53,689 nt of DNA from a virus (Duplodnaviria > Caudoviricetes): positions 1 through 53,689 of the IMG/VR virus record IMGVR_UViG_3300032212_000011; one strand, 5' to 3'. A program made the translations under genes and the position numbers. This document shows positions 45,560-53,689 of this stretch, piece by piece; the first letter of the stretch is position 1, and every line of letters starts with the position of its first letter. The notes under the pieces were generated by a model. It saw only the letters and a list, made by a program, of their open reading frames with translations. It did not search any database and had not been told where the DNA came from.

Positions 45560-47848
45560 TTATCTTAGACTAGTTCTAACCAGTTTCATCAAGATGCCCT
45601 TATTGTTCTCAGCTTTCATAGTCTCAATATAGCCATTCTCTTCCAACTCATTGATAAGTTGTCTTTTCTCGTTTGGCTTCATTCGAATCACTTTAGACAC
45701 ATTCATTGCATCACTACGCTTGATCCATTTGTTCAATCCAAACTTCTCTCGCATTCGTTTACATACTTGTGTCATTGCTACATCAAACTCACCCATGCCC
45801 ACTTCTTCCCTGAATAGCTTATCAGCATAACTACAACAATCTGTAGCAAACTGTAGGCTGCGATTCATTATCTCTTCTGTTATAATAGGCTCATAAGGAT
45901 TTTCTACAATTGCCTCTACCATAGCCAATTTCTTAGCATTAGCTGTGCGCCTGTTCCATATTTCCTTCAAATGTCCTTTTCTCTGGTTATCTTCCAGTCC
46001 GTGTTTATGTAGATGTTTCTTCAGCCCATCTGCTAAATATACAATCTTTGGTGAGTATCTGCGAGCAGAAGGTAATTTGTGCAGACCACGGACCAATTGT
46101 GAGGCATCAGACAGATACCTCAAATTTGCTTTCAGCTCTTCACTAAATCTGATATCAGTCTTTTTCTCTTCTCTAAGCAGACCTTTATACTTATCAGCAT
46201 CAAAGAACATAAAGCGAGAAAGCATACCCATACCAACAAATTTGTATTCTAGCGCAGGGATCAATAAAGCTTGAGTAGTTGCACCTATCATATTAATGTG
46301 GGGAGAGTGGAGATGTGTAATTATGGAATTGTCTTCACCTTTAGCATTTGCCTTGCGTCTTTTGGGAACCAGCATATCAGACCAAGTGTATGCTTTCATC
46401 AGGTCTTCAAATAGCTCTTGGAGTTTTGGATTAGATTTGGCTTTATCCAATAATCCGCCAAATTCATCGAAAACCATTAAGGCATCTTCATAAGGCACAC
46501 TTTGGAAAAGAAGGTCTTGGATACCTTCCATTGATGCAACTTTATGTACTATATTGGAAGAGCGTGCATCATATATAGGTTCATCTTCATCGAAGCATTC
46601 ATCAAATACAGTATTAATACCAAAATTGATTAAATCCTTTCCGCAGCCTGATTCACCAATTATTAGAGATTGGATATTCATACGGTCACCAATTTCTGAC
46701 CTGTATATTCCTGCACCACCGTGAGCTACCGTCATTCTTGCTACTACATTAGCCACCATCAAATTTGGTATCCAATGTAATTCGTACAAAGCCCTCACCA
46801 ATTCCCCGAATTTATTATCAGGGGCAAGAACTTCTTCATCCATGAGCTTAACTGTTTCAATTTCAGCATCTTCTTTCTCTTCAGCAATATCAACTTTGCG
46901 TTCAAGTAAGATTCTATCAAAAGCCCCATCTATATACTCATGGATGTTTTCGTCAGAGTTGCCTCTGGATTCTCTAATTTCATCAGGTAATTGAGAAAGC
47001 TTGCCTTTTATGATATAGAATACAGCATCCTTTTCCTGTACCTTATTCATATAATGTAGTGCTAACCCACGAAAATACCTGCGATGTACAGTTCCATCCA
47101 ATACATCAGAAGGAAGGTCAGCACTTTCATATTCATAACCAGAATACTCAAAAGTTGTTAATTGTCTTATTTCTTCTGGTGTGTACTTGGGTAGCAATAT
47201 CTGCTCAAAATCACCTTTTATGAATCCATGGCGCTTCTTTATGAAGTCTTTGTCTCCTTTTCGTATGATTGGAGGTGCTGTGTAAATTGGTTGGCTGCAA
47301 GTGAATACTGAAGTATCTGTGCCGAGTGTCGACGCATAGGCTTTTCTTTCTTGGAGCGATGTGAGCTTTGAACATTCAAAGTATAGTCTGATTCTTGCAT
47401 TATCTGATCCTAGTTTTTGAGAGCTTGTTATTTGCCAAGTGACATCACAAGCTATTTTATTGGACGAGAGCCAATTCTTTATGAATGACTCAGGTTTATT
47501 TGGATTCCATCCCTTGATAACTACGTCATCTAAATCAAGAGCTACAACTTTACCCATAGAATCACGGATTGTAGCAGGGTCATCTACTTTGTCTTTCTTA
47601 ATACGTCTGATTGGCTTCTTCTCATAAACTTGGGACTTACCATATTCTGTAAGTTCACCCAAAACTATGAAAGAATCTTCATCAGTTAATTGAACTGCCA
47701 TCATTTCGTGAAAGTTATCATATTCATATTCATTTGCTACAAACGAATAACCAGCTTTATATGATTCTATCGTGTTGCCAGATTTATCAATTATCTTGGT
47801 TGGCTTCTTATCACTCTTATGCGGCGATAATATAAGCATTTTTGCCAT
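45560..47848 (-). CDS. Primase-helicase-like replication protein with C-terminal P-loop ATPase (DUF3987-like)
   Basis: ALDLD in the N-terminal domain; IIGESGCGKD Walker A; MVFDEFG Walker B; AAAACTGGAGA RBS supports ATG 47848 rather than 47887. Confidence 0.7.
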   Translation of the reverse strand: MAKMLILSPHKSDKKPTKIIDKSGNTIESYKAGYSFVANEYEYDNFHEMMAVQLTDEDSFIVLGELTEYGKSQVYEKKPIRRIKKDKVDDPATIRDSMGKVVALDLDDVVIKGWNPNKPESFIKNWLSSNKIACDVTWQITSSQKLGSDNARIRLYFECSKLTSLQERKAYASTLGTDTSVFTCSQPIYTAPPIIRKGDKDFIKKRHGFIKGDFEQILLPKYTPEEIRQLTTFEYSGYEYESADLPSDVLDGTVHRRYFRGLALHYMNKVQEKDAVFYIIKGKLSQLPDEIRESRGNSDENIHEYIDGAFDRILLERKVDIAEEKEDAEIETVKLMDEEVLAPDNKFGELVRALYELHWIPNLMVANVVARMTVAHGGAGIYRSEIGDRMNIQSLIIGESGCGKDLINFGINTVFDECFDEDEPIYDARSSNIVHKVASMEGIQDLLFQSVPYEDALMVFDEFGGLLDKAKSNPKLQELFEDLMKAYTWSDMLVPKRRKANAKGEDNSIITHLHSPHINMIGATTQALLIPALEYKFVGMGMLSRFMFFDADKYKGLLREEKKTDIRFSEELKANLRYLSDASQLVRGLHKLPSARRYSPKIVYLADGLKKHLHKHGLEDNQRKGHLKEIWNRRTANAKKLAMVEAIVENPYEPIITEEIMNRSLQFATDCCSYADKLFREEVGMGEFDVAMTQVCKRMREKFGLNKWIKRSDAMNVSKVIRMKPNEKRQLINELEENGYIETMKAENNKGILMKLVRTSLR

Positions 47849-47974
47849 GAAAAATTTCTCCAGTTTTTCAACGTTATTATGAGCCAAGTATTATACGATA
47901 TAAAGGCGTCAATAGATATATGGTAGTTTGTATATATAATAAATGATCATTGATACAAAATATTTCCTAAATGC

Positions 47975-48003
47975 TTTACTTATCATTACCATAGTAATAT
48001 AAT
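47975..48003 (+). promoter_or_regulatory. Sigma70-like promoter starting the + strand arm
   Basis: TTTACT-17bp-TATAAT; same -35 as the capsid promoter. Confidence 0.7.
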
Positions 48004-48058
48004 ACTTCCCTAGCTCGAACGAGCGCATATAATACCTGCTAAAAACTGGAGAGTTACA

Positions 48059-48478
48059 ATGGCTAAAAAGACTGAGAAAGAACTGCTTCAACTTGTTGAA
48101 ACCCAAATTGCTAATAAAAATGCCTATAATAAGGCCAAAGCAAAAGAATTAGAGTCAAGAGAGGCATTGCTATCTATATTACCAGAATCTGGCTCCAAGA
48201 AAACCATGATGGTTGGTAAGTATAAAATAACACTTTCCCCAAAAGTCAACGTGAGTTTGGACAAAGATGAAATAACCAAGACCAAAATTATTGACGATGT
48301 TGATTGGAGTGAGTTGGATGATGAATCCCTATCATTATTGTCTAGTGAAACTAAATTTGATTCAACAGGATACAAGAAACTAGTCAAAGATAATCCTGAC
48401 ACCTTTTATGACATAATGGATTATGTTACTGAATCAATTGGACAAGGAACTGTAACAATAAAGTTTCCCAAAGAGTAG
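48059..48478 (+). CDS. Hypothetical early protein
   Basis: AAAACTGGAGA RBS 48042-48052; N-terminal coiled coil. Confidence 0.7.
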   Translation: MAKKTEKELLQLVETQIANKNAYNKAKAKELESREALLSILPESGSKKTMMVGKYKITLSPKVNVSLDKDEITKTKIIDDVDWSELDDESLSLLSSETKFDSTGYKKLVKDNPDTFYDIMDYVTESIGQGTVTIKFPKE

Positions 48479-48483
48479 AAAGT

Positions 48484-48541
48484 CCAAGTTCTGTGGAAGG
48501 CTTTTCTTCCCTCCAGTTTTGAAGTCGGAAGCAGAACTTGG
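48484..48541 (+). ncRNA. Candidate small RNA with a loop complementary to AAAACTGGAG leaders
   Basis: Perfect 10-bp closing stem CCAAGTTCTG/CAGAACTTGG enclosing CTTTTCTTCCCTCCAGTTTT. Confidence 0.5.
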
Positions 48542-48618
48542 CATTATTTTACGCTCAATTTGCGACTCCTATGGCAGGTTGGGCCTTTTTATTGAACTTG
48601 AATGTGAATGGAATAGAT

Positions 48619-48846
48619 ATGGCAACTTTAATAAATAACGTTGAGTTAGAGAGAATTGTGTCAAAGGTTCTTGAAGATGATATGAATAAGTGCTTGGATG
48701 AAACAGTTGCCAAAGTCATATCTGAATTACATGATAGAGTGAGGGTCAAGGTCGCAGCTAGAATGATAGCATTGTGTAGCTCTGATTACAACATGGAATA
48801 TCTCAGAAATGAACTGAGAATAAGTGTGAAGATTAATTCAAAATAA
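48619..48846 (+). CDS. Hypothetical protein
   Basis: ATG 48619 is more plausible than TTG 48538, which overlaps the RNA stem. Confidence 0.55.
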   Translation: MATLINNVELERIVSKVLEDDMNKCLDETVAKVISELHDRVRVKVAARMIALCSSDYNMEYLRNELRISVKINSK

Positions 48847-48856
48847 GCAATAGATT

Positions 48857-49093
48857 ATGAGTGATGACAAACTAGAGCCAATTGAGCAATTAAGATACTT
48901 TTGCTCTAATCATTTGCCTGCTGAAGCATGGTTAGATTCTGAAGATTACTTCGAGGCTGTGGTTGCAGAAATCAAACAACTAAAGAAAGAATTATCAGAA
49001 TGCATTGAAATGTATGACGATGGTCAAATTAACTATCATGCTGATGATTTAGCTGATGATGTTCGTGATCTACTAACAAACAATAAGGAATAA
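48857..49093 (+). CDS. Hypothetical protein
   Basis: ORF in a tightly packed operon. Confidence 0.6.
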   Translation: MSDDKLEPIEQLRYFCSNHLPAEAWLDSEDYFEAVVAEIKQLKKELSECIEMYDDGQINYHADDLADDVRDLLTNNKE

Positions 49094-49096
49094 AAG

Positions 49097-49351
49097 ATGA
49101 ATATGAAAGAAGCAACTGTTGATGATGAAGTGATTTCACACCCTGAGAATCAATGTTTTACTGCAGGCATTAATTTGCCAAAATGGGGCCATAAAATTGA
49201 AGTGCACAGTAGCAGCAGAGAAGGTGCTATTGCTGAGCGCGACCAAATTTTAAGCCTACTACAACAAGAACAAACTGTGAGAGATGAAGCGTTCAATCGT
49301 GGCTATGCTGCATGCAAGAATGCTATTATGGAGCTATTAAATGAAGCCTAA
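49097..49351 (+). CDS. Hypothetical protein
   Basis: AAGGA RBS; operon packing. Confidence 0.6.
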   Translation: MNMKEATVDDEVISHPENQCFTAGINLPKWGHKIEVHSSSREGAIAERDQILSLLQQEQTVRDEAFNRGYAACKNAIMELLNEA

Positions 49352-49958
49352 AAATATTGGTGGCATGAGAGTCCAAGAGCATGACCTTACATCAGAGAAT
49401 CCGTATGAGGCATTGGGTGTTCCATCTGACAGCAATAGAAGCCAAATCAAAGTTGCCTTCCTCAAACTAAGCAAAATATATCATCCTGACGTTGGAGGGG
49501 CAGTTGCTGACTTCCAAAAAGTTCAATGGGCCTACAAGATATTATCCAATGAAGAATCAAGAAAGTTGTATGATGAAACTGGAAGCACTGCTGCTAAGCA
49601 AGAATTGAATATCCACGCTCTTATGGCAAAAATAATGGGTGAGCAGCTATCAAAAGAAGGGTTTGAAGGAAACATCATCCAGACAATTCTCCTACGTCTA
49701 GATAACGACCTAAGAACCTATAAAAATAATATAAGGGAAGCTAGCAGAGGCGTACAAACGCTTAATAGGCAGCGTGGCAGAGTGCGCAATGATGAAGAAT
49801 ACAACATATTTGATGGATATCTAGATGAACAGATTCAAGGTGCCAAAAAGCAAATAGCAGTATTTGAAAAGGCACTAGAAGAAATTCAAATGGCAATAGA
49901 AGGCTTCAAAAATTATGAAGATACAAGACCTACTCAAAACCATGGGAGATTCTCATGA
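49341..49958 (+). CDS. J-domain (DnaJ type III) protein with C-terminal coiled coil
   Basis: PYEALGV...YHPD.GG...FQ.VQ.AY.ILS...R..YD. Confidence 0.9.
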   Translation: MKPKNIGGMRVQEHDLTSENPYEALGVPSDSNRSQIKVAFLKLSKIYHPDVGGAVADFQKVQWAYKILSNEESRKLYDETGSTAAKQELNIHALMAKIMGEQLSKEGFEGNIIQTILLRLDNDLRTYKNNIREASRGVQTLNRQRGRVRNDEEYNIFDGYLDEQIQGAKKQIAVFEKALEEIQMAIEGFKNYEDTRPTQNHGRFS

Positions 49959-50380
49959 TTGTCCAAGATGTTATAATGCTCCAAGTCCAACCCACGGGAG
50001 ACACTTGTGAGAGTGCTTGTATTGCGATGATCACGGGCAGACCTGTTTCTGATGTAATTGCTGAGTTCCATGATCATTATTGTAGAGGAACATTGGAGCC
50101 AATGCAGTTCTTTATTAGGCACAGCTATTACCCAAGACCTTGTAAGACAACTGAAAGATACCCAAAAATTGATAGAGTGTATATGGTAACTGTTCCCAGT
50201 CTTAACAATAGAGCTGTCAACCATTGCATAGTTTGGGATTGTAGAGATGATGTTAAAATCTTTGATCCTAATCAGGGTAGACCCAATATGAGGTATTATA
50301 CACTAGACAATTATCTTTTGGATAATGATCCTCTTGCTTACCAGTTAAGAAGCTATTGCTTGGAGTTTGAATTCCAATGA
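49955..50380 (+). CDS. Papain-fold / peptidase C39-like protein
   Basis: Q....TC..ACIAM, HCIV, IFDP catalytic pattern. Confidence 0.6.
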   Translation: MIVQDVIMLQVQPTGDTCESACIAMITGRPVSDVIAEFHDHYCRGTLEPMQFFIRHSYYPRPCKTTERYPKIDRVYMVTVPSLNNRAVNHCIVWDCRDDVKIFDPNQGRPNMRYYTLDNYLLDNDPLAYQLRSYCLEFEFQ

Positions 50381-50625
50381 TTATTGATGATGAAATGGCC
50401 AATAAGCTGATGAAAATCTTTGGAGAAGATGAAACATTCAAGATAATTATTGGCGCGCTTGATGCTGCTATAGCAGACAGAGAATTGTCTTTCCCTATTA
50501 ATCAAGTTCAGTTTCAACTGGAACTAACTAATAGAATTAGATTGGCAGTAATTGCACAAAATGAACGAGGTGAATCAGATGAACAGCATAGGGATGAAAC
50601 GCAGACTATCATTCAGAGAGATTAG
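50377..50625 (+). CDS. Hypothetical protein
   Basis: ATGA overlap. Confidence 0.55.
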   Translation: MIIDDEMANKLMKIFGEDETFKIIIGALDAAIADRELSFPINQVQFQLELTNRIRLAVIAQNERGESDEQHRDETQTIIQRD

Positions 50626-50908
50626 AGTTTTGGTTTTGATGGATGAAAATGTATTCTGCGTTGCCACTGCTGCTAAAGCAATGGGGGTGAATAGCAAGGC
50701 AATATATCAGTATATCACTTCAATTGAATCCAAAATGGAGTTTGTTGTATATGAAATGTATGCTCCCATAACTGGAAAGAGAAAGAAACGAAAATACACT
50801 GAAAAAGGCAAGATATTGGTACAATTTGCCTATGAGGTTGTAGACTTATGCAATCGTTTAGAGGTAGAATTGTATTATAGCGATGAGGGTCGTAAATGTA
50901 TAGAATAG
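50552..50908 (+). CDS. Stand-alone LysR-type HTH protein (start probably ATG 50579 or later)
   Basis: VATAAKAMGV...AI...I..IE......Y...YTEKGKIL...A pattern of LysR N-terminal domains. Confidence 0.65.
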   Translation: MHKMNEVNQMNSIGMKRRLSFREIRVLVLMDENVFCVATAAKAMGVNSKAIYQYITSIESKMEFVVYEMYAPITGKRKKRKYTEKGKILVQFAYEVVDLCNRLEVELYYSDEGRKCIE

Positions 50909-51315
50909 TAACTGGAAACCACAAAACTCTGACTCAAATTTCAACAGAAGTTGAGCATGGTGAAGATTGCTCTAATCTCATTGATAAGATGAAAGAGCTG
51001 ATGATTGATAATTCTGGAATTGGATTAGCAGCTAATCAAGTTGATGTGGCCAAAAGAGTGATTGTTATGGTTTCTGGTAATACAGTTATTGAGCTCATTA
51101 ATCCTGAGATTACCAGACAATATTTTGGTAAGTCCAAAGGGTTGGAAGGCTGCTTATCCTTCCCAAACAAATTAGCAAAGATGTATAGATGGAACAGAGT
51201 CAATGTAAAAGGCTTTGACCGTGATTGGAATTTGATAGAATTGAAGCTGAAAGGTCTAGCAGCTCGATGTGTACAACATGAAATAGACCATTTAAATGGC
51301 ATAAATATTGCCTAA
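50896..51315 (+). CDS. def: Peptide deformylase (C-terminally short)
   Basis: GIGLAANQV, EGCLS, QHEIDHLNG. Confidence 0.95.
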   Translation: MYRIVTGNHKTLTQISTEVEHGEDCSNLIDKMKELMIDNSGIGLAANQVDVAKRVIVMVSGNTVIELINPEITRQYFGKSKGLEGCLSFPNKLAKMYRWNRVNVKGFDRDWNLIELKLKGLAARCVQHEIDHLNGINIA

Positions 51316-51316
51316 T

Positions 51317-51344
51317 TGAACCTTGAACTATGAACTATGAACTG
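51317..51344 (+). repeat. Four tandem 7-mers TGAAC(C/T)N ending in an RBS
   Basis: TGAACCT TGAACTA TGAACTA TGAACTG-GAG. Confidence 0.8.
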
Positions 51345-51353
51345 GAGAATACC

Positions 51354-51776
51354 ATGCAAGAAGTAAACATTATAATGTCACAGAACCCTGCTTTCAACTT
51401 CGTTGGAGTTAGATTCCTTGAAAGAGAAGGTTGTTTGTCTCATAAGACATATTACTACAAAACAGTTGAGCAATTAGCTGAGGGTGATCAAGTAGTTGTT
51501 GCAGTTGGAGCAGATTTGCGTTTCAAAGTAGCAGAAGTTGTTGAAATTGATTGTATGTATAAGGTTGATGGGACTTTCAAGTATAAGTGGATTGTTCAAA
51601 AGATTGACTCGTCAACTTACGAAGATTGTTTGAAGGTTGAGCATGAAGTTTCTGAAGCACTTGTCAAAACTCGTATGAATAAGATTCGAGAAGAGATTGG
51701 CGAGCAAATTAAGGAAACAATTGGCAAGGCCAACTACAAAAATCTTGTTAAGTTGGTTGATTTCAGTGCCAAATAA
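51354..51776 (+). CDS. Conserved-type phage hypothetical protein
   Basis: AACTGGAGA RBS favours ATG 51354; YYYKT...GD.VVV, KYKWIVQKID. Confidence 0.65.
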   Translation: MQEVNIIMSQNPAFNFVGVRFLEREGCLSHKTYYYKTVEQLAEGDQVVVAVGADLRFKVAEVVEIDCMYKVDGTFKYKWIVQKIDSSTYEDCLKVEHEVSEALVKTRMNKIREEIGEQIKETIGKANYKNLVKLVDFSAK

Positions 51777-52020
51777 GAACGACAATCGTCCAATCTGCAC
51801 TTGTGGAGCATATTCTTTCCCTCACAAGATAGGAGGCAAGTGCGATGGCACTGCCTTCGCAGAGTATTATTGGGGCTGGGAAAGACAAGATTGCAAATAT
51901 TGCAATTGTAATGTCAATGGACATTGTGAAGTTATTTCTGGCCAAGAATCAATTAAAGAGGCAGAGTGTTTCATAAATAATACAGATTATTATTTGAAGC
52001 TTTCGCCTGACTACTTTTAA
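51766..52020 (+). CDS. Cys-rich hypothetical protein
   Basis: CTCGAYSFPH..GGKC, CKYC.C....C; start uncertain (GTG 51766). Confidence 0.55.
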   Translation: MPNKNDNRPICTCGAYSFPHKIGGKCDGTAFAEYYWGWERQDCKYCNCNVNGHCEVISGQESIKEAECFINNTDYYLKLSPDYF

Positions 52021-52034
52021 AACTGGAGAATGTT

Positions 52035-52424
52035 ATGGGTAAGATGAATTTGGATACAGGATTGGTCGAAGGAATTATGGCCATGAGCAAAGGCAATATT
52101 GGAGCGGCAAATGCACTGTCAGAGATGGCACAGGGCTGGCTAGAAGCAGACCCACAATCTGGTTTTGCATCATTCGCCCCTTTGTGGTTTCTGGACACTT
52201 TGGAAATTTATGGTGCTGATATACATGTGCTATGGAAGGATTGCTGCGAATGTAAAGTTGAAAGAGTGGTAATGTTGTCCAGAGCCATACAAATTGGCCT
52301 TATAGATTGCTACTCAGTTGTACAAGCATCTCATAGATACAATCACGGAAAGCCACAAACTTTTGATTGGGAAGTTTTGGCTGCTAAGCTAGTCAAGGAA
52401 TTTCCAGATTTGAGAATAGTATGA
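52035..52424 (+). CDS. Hypothetical protein
   Basis: AAAACTGGAGA RBS 52019-52029; MSKGNIGA...LDTLEIYGADI.VLWKD.C. Confidence 0.7.
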   Translation: MGKMNLDTGLVEGIMAMSKGNIGAANALSEMAQGWLEADPQSGFASFAPLWFLDTLEIYGADIHVLWKDCCECKVERVVMLSRAIQIGLIDCYSVVQASHRYNHGKPQTFDWEVLAAKLVKEFPDLRIV

Positions 52425-52690
52425 TTGAGCAGTACAACTTAACTCCTGCTGTTTACCAGAAGCTGATCAAAAAAGTTCCTCCCATAGAGCTAATAAGATT
52501 AACCTCAGTATTCAGCTATAACCAAGAGCCTGTTACCAAAGTTTGTCTGATGTTGATAGTTGATAAGTTTGGAGATTTCATAGATGAATTTGATGGCTCT
52601 TATGTCCATAATGTTTCAAAGGCAGTGTACGAATGTTTGTCTGCTGAAGAGCAAATGGAAATTTTGAGGTATATAAACCGTGAAGATTGA
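52421..52690 (+). CDS. Hypothetical protein
   Basis: ATGA overlap. Confidence 0.55.
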   Translation: MIEQYNLTPAVYQKLIKKVPPIELIRLTSVFSYNQEPVTKVCLMLIVDKFGDFIDEFDGSYVHNVSKAVYECLSAEEQMEILRYINRED

Positions 52691-52877
52691 TTTCAATAAT
52701 CCTAGCCCACTTGTCATTTTCTTTGTTGTTATGTTTTTCATAATAGTGCTGATTGCAGGAAGCAAAAATAGAGTAATTGATCCATATGAAGCCTCTTGTG
52801 AAAAACATGGGCTAGAATATCAGAGCGGAAACATTCAAACTAAAACTAACAAAATAACAATTTACTGTAAGGAGTAA
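52680..52877 (+). CDS. Small membrane protein
   Basis: GAGG RBS, GTG start, one TM helix. Confidence 0.55.
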   Translation: MKIDFNNPSPLVIFFVVMFFIIVLIAGSKNRVIDPYEASCEKHGLEYQSGNIQTKTNKITIYCKE

Positions 52878-52880
52878 AGC

Positions 52881-53213
52881 ATGAACGAGAATTTTTATTA
52901 TTTGATAGCAGGAGTCTTATTGATTCTGATAGTATTTCATTTCTTGAAAGATAAGAAAGATACTTTGAGACCATCTAGACCGCATTTGCCTCCAATGGAG
53001 CCTCCATTTGGATATCCATTCAACTCAGTGCCAAATGATCCTGATCCAAACAATCCTGTATGGCAAACAGTTCTAACCTATACATTGGATGATGGCACTG
53101 TAATAGTAAGGGAAAGACGACATAGAGTTGATGGACATTTTGAGCACTTAAATGATAGGCATGAGTGGGTCTCTGGCCATTTATATGGCAAATATGATGG
53201 CTATGATCACTAA
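52881..53213 (+). CDS. Membrane-anchored Pro-rich protein
   Basis: AGGAG RBS; N-terminal TM helix, Pro-rich linker, His-rich C-terminus. Confidence 0.6.
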   Translation: MNENFYYLIAGVLLILIVFHFLKDKKDTLRPSRPHLPPMEPPFGYPFNSVPNDPDPNNPVWQTVLTYTLDDGTVIVRERRHRVDGHFEHLNDRHEWVSGHLYGKYDGYDH

Positions 53214-53383
53214 TGGAGTGCTCTTGCGGCAGTCCTAAGTTTAGGACTAGTAAAGTTGATGGCATTAGTATACACTCTTGTAACTCTTGCGGCAGGAATT
53301 ATGAGCGCTTTGTAGCTCCTGTCAAAAAATTTAAGCTAGTTGGTTTGGATGCTAATGGTAAGCAGATATTCAAACTAGCTTAA
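53213..53383 (+). CDS. 56-aa Zn-ribbon protein (not in the ORF track)
   Basis: MECSCGS...CNSCGR; TAATG coupling. Confidence 0.6.
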   Translation: MECSCGSPKFRTSKVDGISIHSCNSCGRNYERFVAPVKKFKLVGLDANGKQIFKLA

Positions 53384-53446
53384 GTAGTGTACTGCACTTA
53401 AAACAAACTTTGAACTTAATGAATGTGAATCTTGAAGGAGATTGAA

Positions 53447-53689
53447 ATGGGAATTAAAATAACATCTGTGGATGAGGCAATTGGGTCGAATGGACTCAAA
53501 ATCCTAGTCCACGGTCCAGCTGGGTCAGGAAAAACTGTGCTCAGTGCAACAACAGGAGAGCCAACGCTGATTATTTCAGCAGAAGCAGGCCTCTTGTCTA
53601 TACAGGGTGCACCTAGTTATATACAAACTACTGTTGTAAATTCTGTGGATGATGTGGATGAAGTGCATAAATATTTAAGCACTCAAAAA
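53447..53689 (+). CDS. Sak4-like ATPase, N-terminal part (continues at position 1)
   Basis: AAGGAG RBS; MGIKI...KILVHGPAGSGKT Walker A. Confidence 0.85.
   Translation, partial: MGIKITSVDEAIGSNGLKILVHGPAGSGKTVLSATTGEPTLIISAEAGLLSIQGAPSYIQTTVVNSVDDVDEVHKYLSTQK
53544..53689. repeat. Terminal overlap, copy 2 (matches 1-146)
   Basis: Direct comparison of the two ends. Confidence 0.95.

Noticed and set aside
15967-47627. Numerous + strand ORFs opposite the structural and primase genes (for example 28204-28965, 19450-19923)
   Set aside because: Antisense shadows of long minus-strand genes, without RBS or recognisable motifs.
47889-47912. TTGACG...TATAAT sigma70 promoter for the primase (minus strand)
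   Set aside because: The spacer is only 11 bp. A promoter is likely nearby but this pairing is not supportable.
48500-48525. Minus-strand RBS for a hidden antisense gene
   Set aside because: No start codon at RBS distance and no supporting ORF; reinterpreted as an antisense seed.
48538-48618. TTG-started N-terminal extension of the 48538 ORF
   Set aside because: Overlaps the RNA stem and TGAA repeats; ATG 48619 is more plausible.
51317-51344. CRISPR array or DGR repeat
   Set aside because: Only 7-nt tandem units with no spacers; no reverse transcriptase or cas operon seen.
1-53689. Stop-codon reassignment, tRNA genes, integrase, introns or inteins
   Set aside because: Standard code gives dense, full-length genes using all three stops; no cloverleaf, recombinase motif or insertion in DnaE, TerL or helicase was recognised by eye. 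tRNAscan was not run.

Overview
The window is an apparently complete, circularly permuted genome of a tailed dsDNA phage of about 53.5 kb. Bases 1-146 repeat at 53544-53689, so the unit length is 53,543 bp. It has a siphovirus-type tail (tube, frameshifted chaperone, tape measure, no sheath) and no recognisable integrase or repressor, so it is probably virulent. Spanins and sigma70-like promoters point to a Gram-negative host. There are two arms. The + strand arm (48059 through the junction to 15531) carries small early genes, a Sak4-like ATPase, SSB, a Cas4-like exonuclease, an SF2 helicase, DnaE with a separate DEDD exonuclease, and a ligase. The - strand arm (47848 to 15643) carries a primase/helicase, packaging, head, tail, lysis and extra virion genes. 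Four things stand out. (1) A replication-linked enzyme cluster (two HAD phosphatases, a DUF3310-like protein, an SDR, an FAD oxidoreductase, and a ThyX lacking both canonical histidines) looks like an uncharacterised nucleotide-modification pathway. (2) A candidate small RNA at 48484-48541 has a loop exactly complementary to an AAAACTGGAG leader shared by at least six early or replication genes. (3) There are three tail-tube paralogues, two carrying a shared C-terminal domain and one also carrying two LamG-like domains. (4) Compositional islands of about 80-200 bp recur through an otherwise CG-depleted genome. All family assignments come from motif recognition by eye; no searches were run.
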